From: Ascoidea asiatica JCM 7603
Taxonomy: Eukaryota > Fungi > Ascomycota
NCBI GenBank assembly: GCA_001600695.1
Contig: BCKQ01000007.1
Span: forward strand, 638,794-695,094
Direction of reading: 5' to 3'
Length of the DNA: 56,301 nt
The notes beneath the pieces were generated by a model. That model worked only from the letters and a program-made list of their open reading frames with translations, did not search any database and had not been told where the DNA came from. The translations under genes and the position numbers were made by a program. This document shows, piece after piece, positions 45,146 through 56,301 of the stretch; position 1 is the stretch's first letter, and the number at the start of each line of letters is the position of its first letter.

Positions 45146-47380
45146 ATGGATAAAAGTAATTCAATTGGAATTTATTCAAATTTAAATTCAAATTCAAATA
45201 ATTTCAATCGAATTTTAAATAAAAATTTAAATAAAAATACCAATTTAAATCCAATGTTTTTCAATACTTATTCAAATAATCCAAATTATTCTAAAAGCTC
45301 AAATTATTTAAATAATATAAGACAAAAACCATCTAAATTAGATCTTATAGATAATAGTGAATTAACTTCTTTTCCATTAGCTCCTCCTCCAGCTGTTTCT
45401 CCTTCAACTTTTTATCAATCTCCTGATAATTCTTTCAATATCAACTTATCAAATCATTCAAATAATATTAATAATAATAGTAATAATAATATAAAGACTA
45501 ATGATAATGAAAGAAGAAATAGTCTAATAAATAACTCAAATTTAAATTCCTATTCATCTTTTTCAAAATTTATTAATAACTTATCAATCACTTATAATGA
45601 TCATTTAAAATTTAATTCAATTCCCTCAATTCCTTCAATTTCTTCATTTTCTTCAATTCCATTATATAATAAACAAAATAATAACATTATTAATAGTAAA
45701 AATAAATTAAATCATAAAAAAAATTTAAATTTTAATAATATTGATATTGATATTAATATTAATGACAATGATAATGACTTGGAAATCTCAAATTCTTTAA
45801 CAATTCAAGAACCTGAAAATGTTAAAATCATTATTCCAATTGATGATCCAATTGTTTTAATTGAAGATTATATTCAATTAAACAATATTTCTAAATCTGA
45901 TCAAAATAATATTATTTTAAAAAATTCAATTCTCTCTTTATCCTCTATAATCAATAATCAATCAGTTGGTCAATCAATTGGTCAATCAATTGATCAATCA
46001 ACTAATGATAATATTGATAATCATTTTGATTCTATTTCAACTATAACTCCAGTCTTATCAAATTCAAACTCAAATTCAAATTTAAATTCAAATTCAAATT
46101 CAAATACTATTGGTGCAATTGATTCAAGAAATTCCAGAAATTCAACTTATTCAACAAATACAACTACAAGTACTAATACAACTTCTGCCACTGTAACTGC
46201 TACCACCACTACCGCAACTACAACCATTACAACAAACACTTCAAATCCAAACTCAAATGAATTATTAAATAATTCATTAAATAATTCAACTTCTTCAATA
46301 ATCTCTTCATATATAGACCCTACACAATCTTCAACTTTGAAATATTGTTTACTTTGTGATAAACCTTTATATGAATTATCATCTCAATTACCTTTAAACT
46401 CTAATTTCAATAAATTTGTTTGTTGGAATTGTATTGATTTCTATAATTTTTTAGAATTATTTATAAATCATTTATTAAATAATAATTTACTTATTAATAA
46501 TTCTTTAATTAATTTAAACAAAAATATAAATGAAAATCTAAATTTATCAAATGATGATTTAAATTTATTACAATTCTTATTACCTAAAATTCAAATTTTG
46601 ATTGATAATTCTATAAATTCATTATCAAATTCAAATAATAGTTCTAATCAGATCAATCAACTAAATCAGCTCAATCAACTTAATCAATTAAATGAATTCA
46701 ATGATTTCAATGATTCAACTTTTCAAAGTTTTGGTGATGATTCCGTTCATACTTTAAAATTACCAAATGATTCAAGTAATAATAACAATTTAAATGACTC
46801 AAATGATATTAAAGATTATACAAATATTAATATTCTTGGAGATATTAACAATAATAATAAGAATAATAATAATGAAATTGAAGAATTCATTGAATACCCA
46901 ACTTATTCATTGCCTAAAAAAAGAAAAAATCAGATTGTTAAATTTAATCACAATCATCAAAATTCTCAGGATTTTGACTATTCCCAATATATTATTGAAA
47001 ATACTCAAACTTTACCTCCTTTGAATACTTTTTCAAAAAGTTTAATTTCTCAATTACAAAATTTATCTTCCAAAAATTCTAATTCTAATTCTAATTTTAA
47101 TATTGTTCTAAATTCAAATTCCAACTCAAAATTAAAATCAACATCAAAATCAACTTCAAATATTAATAATCTGATAAATAATAACAATAATAAATATAAA
47201 AACAACAATCGAGATGAAATTAAAGATGATTTTCCAAGTAAAGCTTTATTACATCAAAATAGTGAATGGTATTTAAATGTTAAAAGAAAATTAAGATGGA
47301 GATGGAGAATAAAAGGCTTATTACCTCAATTCAATTTCTTAGAAAACTTAAATTCTAATTCAAATCAATTTGTATATTAA
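45146..47380 (+). CDS. Asn/Ser-rich protein with a CxxC...CxxC motif; function unknown
   Basis: 744-aa ORF with complex islands CLLCDKPLYELS...FVCWNC and WYLNVKRKLRWRWRIKGLLP. Confidence 0.7.
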   Translation: MDKSNSIGIYSNLNSNSNNFNRILNKNLNKNTNLNPMFFNTYSNNPNYSKSSNYLNNIRQKPSKLDLIDNSELTSFPLAPPPAVSPSTFYQSPDNSFNINLSNHSNNINNNSNNNIKTNDNERRNSLINNSNLNSYSSFSKFINNLSITYNDHLKFNSIPSIPSISSFSSIPLYNKQNNNIINSKNKLNHKKNLNFNNIDIDININDNDNDLEISNSLTIQEPENVKIIIPIDDPIVLIEDYIQLNNISKSDQNNIILKNSILSLSSIINNQSVGQSIGQSIDQSTNDNIDNHFDSISTITPVLSNSNSNSNLNSNSNSNTIGAIDSRNSRNSTYSTNTTTSTNTTSATVTATTTTATTTITTNTSNPNSNELLNNSLNNSTSSIISSYIDPTQSSTLKYCLLCDKPLYELSSQLPLNSNFNKFVCWNCIDFYNFLELFINHLLNNNLLINNSLINLNKNINENLNLSNDDLNLLQFLLPKIQILIDNSINSLSNSNNSSNQINQLNQLNQLNQLNEFNDFNDSTFQSFGDDSVHTLKLPNDSSNNNNLNDSNDIKDYTNINILGDINNNNKNNNNEIEEFIEYPTYSLPKKRKNQIVKFNHNHQNSQDFDYSQYIIENTQTLPPLNTFSKSLISQLQNLSSKNSNSNSNFNIVLNSNSNSKLKSTSKSTSNINNLINNNNNKYKNNNRDEIKDDFPSKALLHQNSEWYLNVKRKLRWRWRIKGLLPQFNFLENLNSNSNQFVY

Positions 47381-48364
47381 TTCATTAATATTTTTCATAT
47401 ACTCTCTTCATCATAATTTTTTCAATAATCATATAACACTACCTACTTTTTGTTTCCTTTCATTTCAAAATACTCTTGTTGTTTATCCTATCTAAATTTT
47501 TTAATCAACTTCTTAATAAGAATATTATAACCCATCTATTGATTTCCAAGTTTTTTCTTAAGTGAAATCAATTTTGTTATCAAATCCTATTATAATTACT
47601 TATACTATGTTTTATTCAAGCTTCAATAGCTTTCAAAATTTTGTTTTTCATATCTTTTTTTTTTGCTCTTGTCACTCTTTAAGACTAATATAAAATGTAC
47701 CTTACTTATTCAGTGCATTATATTTTATATCAATAATCATAAACTACACTCATTTGCTGCTTCTTAACTGTTTTTCAAATTTTTTGAGCCTTTTCTTTTT
47801 TTTTTTTGCTTGTTCCTTGTTGCTTTTTTGAATTCTACAATCACTGATTTTTTGATCACTTTGAAGATAAATTAAAGTGTTTCAAACAAATCATATTTTT
47901 TCTGTTATTAAAATAAAAAAAATTGTATTATTCAAATTTTAAAAAAATTCATTATAATTATAAATCTCATTTCAATTCTTTTGTATCAGTATTCTTTCAA
48001 TTCCTAATTTTGTTTTTCTTGAAAATTTATTAAATTCTTCTCTTCATTTTAGCTTCGATTCTAATCGTTGTTTTTTATACAATTTTTTTAACTTTACATT
48101 ATTTATCATCTTACATTATACTTCATTTATAATATAAAGATTGGTTTTCCTTTCTTTTTAATGAAGTGCCTTTTACATATTTATCAACTCCTTATTCTTA
48201 ATTATATATATATTTCAATCAATTTTGCATTTTAATAACTTTTAGTTACTGTAATATCTATAAAGATATGAATACATTTAAAAACAAGCATTTATTCAAA
48301 CAAAAATATAAATAAAAAATCCAATCATAATAAAAATATATAGAAAACTTTAAGATTATAACAA

Positions 48365-49141
48365 TTAACCAGTCATCCATCCACCATCGACGGGGATAGT
48401 GATACCAGTAGTATAACTAGAAGCATCAGAAGCTAAATAAATTGCAGCTCCAGCAAGTTCAGATGGTTTAGCCAATCTTCCTAATGGTATTCTCTCAAGT
48501 ACCTTTTCTTTCAATTCTCCTTGAACACCAGCACTCATATTTGTTTGAATAAAACCTGGAGCAATTGCATTTACATAAATACCTTGAATTGCCCATTCAT
48601 TAGCTAAAGCTTTTGTTAAATTACTTAAGCCGGATTTTGCAGCAGCATAACTAGCAGCATAACCTCTCATTGACATAAAAGCACAAATTGAAGCTAAATT
48701 AACAATTTTACCCTTTTTACCAGCATCTATTTGTCTTTTAGCAAAATCTCTTGATAAATAATATGGAACAGCTAAATCCATATGTTGAATATCTTTCCAT
48801 TCTTGATTAGATTTTAATAAGGCTGGAGCCATATCATTAATTCCAGCATTATTAACAAGAATATCTAATTTACCTGCTAAATTATATGCTTTTGAAATTA
48901 ATGTGGCAACTTCTTCTTCTTTTGATAAGTCAACAGAAATTGAATAAGTTTTAACTGGTTTACCAATTGTTGATTCATTTATTAATTTTATTGTTTCATC
49001 TGGAGAATTTTTAAAATAATGAGCAATAATAATATCAGCACCAGCTTGAGCAAAACCAACTGCAAGTCCCTGACCAATACCTCTTTCAGAACCGGTGATT
49101 AAAGCAGTTTTACCTTTTAAGGAAAATAATTCTAATGACAT
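48365..49141 (-). CDS. Short-chain dehydrogenase/reductase (KduD/gluconate-5-dehydrogenase-like)
   Basis: TGSERGIG, NNAGI, YAAAK, ANEWA, VNAIAPG, VDGGW. Confidence 0.88.
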   Translation of the reverse strand: MSLELFSLKGKTALITGSERGIGQGLAVGFAQAGADIIIAHYFKNSPDETIKLINESTIGKPVKTYSISVDLSKEEEVATLISKAYNLAGKLDILVNNAGINDMAPALLKSNQEWKDIQHMDLAVPYYLSRDFAKRQIDAGKKGKIVNLASICAFMSMRGYAASYAAAKSGLSNLTKALANEWAIQGIYVNAIAPGFIQTNMSAGVQGELKEKVLERIPLGRLAKPSELAGAAIYLASDASSYTTGITIPVDGGWMTG

Positions 49142-49678
49142 TTTTAAAACAATTTATAATAGATAAGTGTATTAATTGATAACTAATTTCTTTTTTTTTA
49201 TAATATTTAATTTCAAAGGATTATCATCCTTTTTATATATTATTTCATATACAGTATATTCATTTTCTAGGGGGGATGCTAAACTTCAGCTCGTGTTCTG
49301 CAAGTATTCTTTTAATCAAGAAGACATGTCCAAGAATATGATTAAGAGTCGTCAATTTTTCAATAATCAATTGAATTTTCAAGGCGTCAAAGCTTTAGTT
49401 CCAAGAACAAAGGGCTTTAAAAGAATATAAATCATTAAACCTATGGAAATTTAGAATAACTTACTTTAACTTACCATAACTTTATTCATCCCCCTCACAA
49501 AGTGAGATTTCTGGGGTGAAGTGGAAAGCCGGAACTTTTATTAGCATCCAAAAGACGATCCGCAGTTCTGGCGTCGATTCAACCTAAATTTACAGTGTTA
49601 GTATTTTGGTAATAAAAAAGATAATTTATTTGAAGAAATATGAATTGGATACGAATTATAAATGAGTTATATACTTGA

Positions 49679-50824
49679 TTATAACTTGGGAGTTAGTTTT
49701 GATTGATCCTTGGAAAGCTTGAATAATTTCTCAAGAGGTAATGTGGGTGTATCATCTTCAATGTGAATTTTAACACTGAAAATAGATGGATCAGCACAGG
49801 TTTCCAAAGCTTCTTTAGCATTTTCTAACTTGAATTTATGAGTAACTAAAGGATCAACATTGATGACTTTATTTGAAATTAAATTAATAACAGCAGGCCA
49901 AGAATCATTATATCTATTGATAAATTTAACATCAATTTCACTTAATGATAGATGCATAAATGGAAATTTATCAATTGTATCTTTACCAACACCAATAACT
50001 AATAAAGTACCATTTCTTCTAACAACATAAGCACCAGTGATGATTGAAGTACCAACACCTGTACATTCTAAAACAGAAACAGGTAATTGATATTCAGTAT
50101 TACCATAAAGTTTTTTAATTTCATTTGCATTCTCTTTTGGTGATAAATTTAAATTAATTTTATAAGTTATAACTTCAGGTACAATTTTTTTAGCAAAATT
50201 TAACTTTTCATTAGAAATATCAGTGATTATAATTGGAGTTGCACCTCTTGCTTTTGTTAATAATAAAGTTGATAAACCAATTGGACCTGCACCACAAATT
50301 AAAGCACCTTTACCTAATTCAATATTTGATCTTTGGATACCATGATAAGCAACTGAAACAGGTTCAACTAATGAAGCTTGAGAATAAGTCATTGAATTTG
50401 GAATTTTATGTATATATTTAGAATTATGAATAATATATCTTTGCATTGAACCAGGATTTGGATAAATACCAATAAATTTAACATTTGGACATAAATTATA
50501 GTTACCATTCATACATAAAAAACAATTTTCACAAGGAATTTGAGGTTCAATTGCAACTCTATCACCAGGTTTAAAATTTTTAACATTTGAACCAACTGAA
50601 ATTATATCACCAGAAGATTCATGACCAATTACACAATTATTCAAAAAAATCATATCAGCAATTTTACCATTTTTCATAAAATGAACATCAGTGCCACAAA
50701 TACCATTACATCTTGGATGAATTAAAACATCATTTGGGCCTGGTTGTTTGATTGCATGATCTTTTAATTCAGCAGATTTATGATTTGTAATTTGTAAAGA
50801 AGGATTATAACAAATTTGACACAT
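49679..50824 (-). CDS. Zinc-dependent polyol dehydrogenase (L-arabinitol 4-dehydrogenase/sorbitol dehydrogenase family)
   Basis: GICGTDVH, GHES, structural-Zn CENCFLC...C, CGAGPIG, ECTG, RYNDSWP. Confidence 0.9.
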   Translation of the reverse strand: MCQICYNPSLQITNHKSAELKDHAIKQPGPNDVLIHPRCNGICGTDVHFMKNGKIADMIFLNNCVIGHESSGDIISVGSNVKNFKPGDRVAIEPQIPCENCFLCMNGNYNLCPNVKFIGIYPNPGSMQRYIIHNSKYIHKIPNSMTYSQASLVEPVSVAYHGIQRSNIELGKGALICGAGPIGLSTLLLTKARGATPIIITDISNEKLNFAKKIVPEVITYKINLNLSPKENANEIKKLYGNTEYQLPVSVLECTGVGTSIITGAYVVRRNGTLLVIGVGKDTIDKFPFMHLSLSEIDVKFINRYNDSWPAVINLISNKVINVDPLVTHKFKLENAKEALETCADPSIFSVKIHIEDDTPTLPLEKLFKLSKDQSKLTPKL

Positions 50825-51777
50825 TTATGGTAAGATTCTATTAAAAATATATTAATGAGTATTCATATATATATAAAAACAGTATTGATTATTATAAAGA
50901 ATGAAGGAAAAAAAAAAACATATAAATAAAGGAAATCTAATTGATTTTATAGATTAATTCCAAATGAAAAGCATAATAAAAATTAAGGAGGTTTAAGCTT
51001 TTTGAAGCTTAAATTGATTTGAAAAATTGAGAGAAGAAATAATCGTTTATCGAAAAAAATATACCGTAAAATGAAATATAAAACATACAATAAAAGAAAA
51101 ATGCAACATTATTTCTTTTTATGATATATTTATCAGAAGAAGTAGTTTAGAAAACAACAGTACAGTAATCTAAAAACTGGTTTTAGATTCAAAGAGTCAA
51201 TTTAATCTAAAATTGAAATCTAAAGCGATTGGATTAATTTAAAGTAAATCATTTTACATATTGAATGAATTTGAATGAAACTGAATGAATTTGAATAAAA
51301 TTGAATGACTTTCGGAACAATCAGGACTTTGAAAAGACTTATTAAGTACTGGTAAATGAACTGGTTGCCAATCGCATATCTTTAAAACAATTCGTATTTC
51401 AATCATTTCAGCACTTCAATACTATAACCAAACAATGTTTTTCCATTAAATAATATTATTTTGCTGTTGATATTCACAGTTTCATTTCCCCAGATATTTC
51501 ACTCAACTTTATCTCTATTTCTAACTTTCTAACTTTCTAACCTTTTTTTGTCTTCATTAAAAAGTATCCCCATGTTTCAAAGCTTCAGCTCTGTTTTTCT
51601 TTTTATCCTTACAACGTTTCGGGCCTGCAAACGACGTTACCCGCGTCACGCAAAGGGGGTCACGTGCCAAGATGGAGGTTTGAGAAACAAAAAGCCAATT
51701 TTTAATAGAAAAGTCATAACAAAACTAGTTTTGTCTTGTGATAATAATTCTAAAAGTTTTATGAATTTTAAGTTAAG

Positions 51778-51851
51778 GACTCCGTGGCCAAGCTGGCTAA
51801 GGCGTGAGACTGTTAATCTCAAGATCGACAGTTCGATCCTGTCCGGGGTCG
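51778..51851 (+). tRNA. tRNA-Asn(GTT)
   Basis: GACTCCG/CGGGGTC acceptor stem; TGAGA-CTGTTAA-TCTCA anticodon arm; GTTCGATCC; T-run terminator. Confidence 0.97.
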
Positions 51852-52179
51852 TTTATCTTTTTTTTCTTACCTTCTTCTTTTCATCTTTTTTTTGCTTTTT
51901 AACTCTAAACTATTGTTTCTTTGTTTTATTTATTCGAGTCTTGCTGTTGAATCTTTTACTATTGAAATGGCCATACTGATCATTGAAAATCCCAAAACTT
52001 TTAAATTTTTTTTTTTATTGACTACAAAATATTGATAAACTATATAAGAGTGATACTGAATCTTTACTTAGTAACTATTCAAATTAAAGCAATAAAATCA
52101 TTATATAATTTTTAGATTGTCATGACAAAGAAACAGAGAAAAATAAACGAATGCAATGAATGCAATGAAATTATTTAAC

Positions 52180-53193
52180 TTATTGGTCATCTCTAACGCA
52201 ACCTGATTTATCAGTAATTTCAGTTGGACAAACAACTTGTTGGAAAGTAACTGTTGGATTATCAGCTCCATCAAACCATCCAAATCTAAAATCACAACCA
52301 TCTTGTAAAGCGGTAGGCAAATTAGCACAATCTGAACTTGATGAAACACCACCATACTGTTCTCCCCATGAGTATCCTGATCCATATTCTGCTGTACAAC
52401 CAGAATAAATACCTTGTCCACCACCTGGTAATGCAATATCAAATTGATTTGTACTTAAATCGGATCCTGTATTTGTTGCTTGAACAATCATTTTTTTACC
52501 ACTAATTGATGTAGAGGTAAATGTTAATTCATAACATGAACAACACATTGAAGATTCTGATCCACCTGAGATTGATGTAGCTGCAAATCCATATGCTAAA
52601 GTATCACTAACTTCCCATGGTTGTTGATCATTACACATATAGGCAGTACCACCGGTACATCCACTTTGAACATCAACTCCTAAAACAGTTGTACCATCTG
52701 AACTACATGCATCAACTGGTGATCCAACTGATGCTTTACCAGACCATGAACATGATGGTTTACAACAATCCCAATATCTAGTTGTAGTACCTGTTCCAGA
52801 TGATCCACCAGAAATAACACTGGCGGAGGATGAAGATGAAGATGAAGTTGAAGCTGAGGTTTCAGCAGCTGTAGAAGAAGTTGCTTCAGATGTGCTGGTA
52901 GTAGTAGTGGTATCGGCTGCAACTGCTACAGTTGCTGCTTCACTACTAGAACTTGATTCAGTTGATGCTGTTTCTGAAAAAGATCCAATGGTGGTAGTAT
53001 CTTCAACTGAACCTGGAACACATTGTGAATAATAATCATTATATGATGAACATGTATATCCTGAAGGACAACAAGTAGCACCTGTCCAGCTTTTACCACC
53101 ACATTGGGCATAAGAACTAGCACAATCTGTAGCTAATGATTCCTTTACCATAAAAGTGGCTAAAATAGTTAAAGCAGATAAACTTAATTGCAT
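52180..53193 (-). CDS. Secreted CBM1-GH45 endoglucanase (copy 2)
   Basis: Same architecture and motifs as 672-1730. Confidence 0.96.
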   Translation of the reverse strand: MQLSLSALTILATFMVKESLATDCASSYAQCGGKSWTGATCCPSGYTCSSYNDYYSQCVPGSVEDTTTIGSFSETASTESSSSSEAATVAVAADTTTTTSTSEATSSTAAETSASTSSSSSSSASVISGGSSGTGTTTRYWDCCKPSCSWSGKASVGSPVDACSSDGTTVLGVDVQSGCTGGTAYMCNDQQPWEVSDTLAYGFAATSISGGSESSMCCSCYELTFTSTSISGKKMIVQATNTGSDLSTNQFDIALPGGGQGIYSGCTAEYGSGYSWGEQYGGVSSSSDCANLPTALQDGCDFRFGWFDGADNPTVTFQQVVCPTEITDKSGCVRDDQ

Positions 53194-54410
53194 TTTTGAA
53201 GTAATTTGAGAAGTTTTTTTTTGAAAATTTATAAATTTAAAGGAGTGACTAGTTTTTATTCAAATGAATTAAAGAAAAATTTAATTATTGAATGTAATTT
53301 TTATAATTTTATTGATTATAAGACAATGAAAATAAAAAAAAAAAAGTTGTAATAGAAAGAAATAAACATAATGATTTCACTCATTATATATAAATTATTA
53401 TCATTTTCAACAATCACCAAATCCATTGCTATTATCCTTATTGTTATTAAATATCGTAATATAAAATGGCTAAATTTCAAATTAAATACATTTGATATTC
53501 ATTGTAAATACAATTATAAAACATCGAAAAATGTTGATTAAACAATACTAAAAGCCTTAAGGCTTTAATTCTTACAAAATACTGGCACTGCTATTTATTC
53601 GAGTGCTGACATAATCCAACTCTAATCAGGTACACAACCAGAAAGCTTAATTTCTCTGCTTAAAACCTTAATAGTATAAGCGGATATATGCAGTTAATGC
53701 CGGCGTGTAAATGTTTCAGCAACTTTCCACTTGCACTTGCAGGCACTATTCTAAAATACAAATTCCTTACAAATTCTTTACAAATAATTCAATTTCATTT
53801 TCGTTTTCATTTTCAATTCCAATTTCAACCCAAAAGTATCTATGGAAAAGGAGGAAGCAATAGAAGATCTTTTCATTTTATGGCTTAAGAGATTAAAGTA
53901 TTCTAATATAAATCGTCTTAAGCCTTGTTTCATATTAAAGTAATGTATTTTATCAACATATCTACAGTAACTGTTAAGTTACTGTATTTGATTTCTTAAT
54001 CCAAGTTTTTTATCAAGCTATCAAATTACTATCAGCTATCTCAGACAAAATTCTGATTTGAAAAAAAAGCATTGAAATAAAATTATTCGATCCAAAAACA
54101 ATAAAAATCCACACTCTTTAGTTAATCAAATATAATAGTAATATGCCAAATGTTGCCATGAATTAATATGAATTGATTTCAATTCTTCAATTCAAGAAAA
54201 TTTTAAAGTTGCTTTCTTTTCTTATGCTACAAATATCGGCAATTAAAACAAATTGAATAGTAATAGCAATAAATCTATGAAAAAGAATCTAATTTAATGT
54301 GAATAAGATCTTTGAAAAAATGATTTTATTATATTCTATTATACTCTATTTCACCTATTGCAACAATTAACTAGTTATTTATATCATATATTTTCTATTT
54401 CTTGAAACAT

Positions 54411-55505
54411 TTAATTGACTTGACCAAAGCCAGGACCATCCTCAAGCAAAACATTTCTAATATTGTTCATACAATTTATGGAAGATTCCTTAGCATTTTC
54501 ATATGTTGAAGAGCCAATATGTGGAGTAATTGAAATATTATAATTATCACATAATTCTTTAGGAATAAAAGGTTCATTCTCAAAAACGTCTAAACCAACA
54601 GAAGAAATTTTACTTGTTTTTAATCCATTAATTAAATCATTTTGATTAATTATATCACCTCTTGCAATATTAACAATTCTAACACCATCTTTACATAAGT
54701 TTAAAGTTTTTGAATTTAACATATGATATGTTTCTTTAGTTGATGGAACTGCATATACAATACAATCTAAATATGGTAACATTACTTCATATGACTTATG
54801 ATGTATTAATTCAGGAAAATTAATATTTGGCTTTGAATCTCTTGTAATATAATGAACATTAACGTTCAATGTCAATAAAGTTTTAGCTATTATTTTTCCA
54901 ATATTTCCAAAACCTACAATTCCAATATGTTTATTACTTAAAGAATATGAAGTTTTATTATTTGGAAAATTATAAAAACAGTATGGAAAACCAAATTCTT
55001 CTTTAATTGTTGAATCTTCTTTTATTAAAACTTCTCTAGCTTTTAAAACATGATTATATTCTCTACCTTTTTTCTCAAATAATGGAATAAATCTAAAAGT
55101 AGAAATTATATGATATAAAGCAATTTCAGCGACTTGGGAAGAAGCTAAATCTGGAGTATTAAAACATTTTATATTTAATTTTGCTAATTTTTCAACATTA
55201 TAATTTTCATAACCAATTGAACTTACAGTAATTAGTTTTAATGATTTTGGTAAATAATTTATTAAATTATCGTCAATACCTTTTATAGGAGTTAAGCCTA
55301 AATGATCGCACCAAATTGCAGAAATATCATTGAATTTTGAATTAAAGTCTTCAATTAACTGTTCTTTTGTCGTCAAAGAATAATGTTCAACTTGAAAAAT
55401 TTTCGAAAATTGTTTGTATTCATTAGAATCTCTAAAAACAGCTCCAATAGCCAAAACCTTTAGTTTTTGTGATAATGAACTTAAAGTCATCCTAAAGACA
55501 TCCAA
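54411..55505 (-). CDS. D-isomer-specific 2-hydroxyacid dehydrogenase (glyoxylate-reductase-like)
   Basis: IVGFGNIG, VNIARG, LDVFENEP, TPHIGSST. The start may be the second Met (55490). Confidence 0.88.
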   Translation of the reverse strand: MDVFRMTLSSLSQKLKVLAIGAVFRDSNEYKQFSKIFQVEHYSLTTKEQLIEDFNSKFNDISAIWCDHLGLTPIKGIDDNLINYLPKSLKLITVSSIGYENYNVEKLAKLNIKCFNTPDLASSQVAEIALYHIISTFRFIPLFEKKGREYNHVLKAREVLIKEDSTIKEEFGFPYCFYNFPNNKTSYSLSNKHIGIVGFGNIGKIIAKTLLTLNVNVHYITRDSKPNINFPELIHHKSYEVMLPYLDCIVYAVPSTKETYHMLNSKTLNLCKDGVRIVNIARGDIINQNDLINGLKTSKISSVGLDVFENEPFIPKELCDNYNISITPHIGSSTYENAKESSINCMNNIRNVLLEDGPGFGQVN

Positions 55506-56301
55506 TAAAAAAATTCAGAGCGACCTCTCAGTTATGTTTCTCTTCTTCTATCTAGAGTAAAGTTGTTAACCATATTTCTACAGCTTCCTGTCGTAATAAA
55601 GACATTTGATTTCTGATTATCTTTTATTTTAAAGACTACTGTTTATTTTGTGTACCGAAATCCCCATCCGTCCCTAAGAGTATGTCCTCGATATTTAGAA
55701 CAGTTGTCCTGAATATGCGTTTTCACCTTGGGCTCACCTTGGGCTGTGAAAAATATCCATGAATTTGAAGCAGAAGTGCAAAAAAAGACAGTTAAAGATT
55801 GATAAATAATGTAATAAATAGCTCATAATACTCAACAGATTGTAGTAGCATTGCTTTGGCAAAATTTTATATCACAAAACTGCTTTCAAATGACTTTGTC
55901 TTTCAAGATAACTGTTTGTCTCAGACTGATGGTCCGGCTATCTGCTGTTGCCTTTAAATCAAAGATAATAAGATAATAAATAATAATTGGTGATTTCAAA
56001 ATGAATTCTTTGATAATGGAAATCTCCTTGACTCAAACACTCAAAATGACTCACATTATCTAAGGGGAGAAAACTCATCTTACAGGCAATTTATAAGATG
56101 ATTTACAGGCGAGAAAAGAAGAGAAGAGAAAAGAAAAAAGCGAATTAGTGATAAAAAGTATATGTTCAATTAATGGTTCATTTTCATGAAACCTAAGAAA
56201 AGAAGATAAATAACTATTTAAGAAGTGACTAATCTATATAATAATTAAATCAACAAATTACTGCAATTGACTTAGAAAGATAATTTGGCTCCGGCATTGC
56301 T

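Overview
Very AT-rich eukaryotic nuclear DNA from a budding yeast (Saccharomycotina). The basis is yeast-type GTATGT/GTAAGT...(T/A)ACTAAC...YAG introns, yeast-type tRNAs and Asn-rich proteins; an Ascoidea-like genome is my inference only. The window holds about 26 protein genes, including a cyclophilin, TAH18, RFC5, MRPL16, a TTL/Pby1-like protein, UBR7/Mlo2, the RPS14-RPS22-RPL39 cluster, YIP3, NOP53, a metacaspase, MET13, a Zn2Cys6 transcription factor, an SDR plus L-arabinitol/polyol dehydrogenase pair and a 2-hydroxyacid dehydrogenase. Two near-identical secreted CBM1-GH45 endoglucanases lie about 51 kb apart. RNA genes are tRNA-Ser(GCT) with an intron, tRNA-Asn(GTT), and an intron-encoded double-guide C/D snoRNA (snR65-like). 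The ORF track misses or truncates several intron-containing genes (RPL39, RPS14, MRPL16). Main leads: (1) a 45-nt in-frame, stop-containing, non-GT-AG insertion in the normally essential TAH18; (2) a 5' splice site plus branch point in the MET13 leader whose first downstream AG lies after the start codon, and a duplicated, switch-like element 3' of MET13; (3) the snoRNA with two guides in an apparently non-coding host; (4) Mucorales-like cellulases in a yeast; (5) a metacaspase broken by a 1-nt frameshift.
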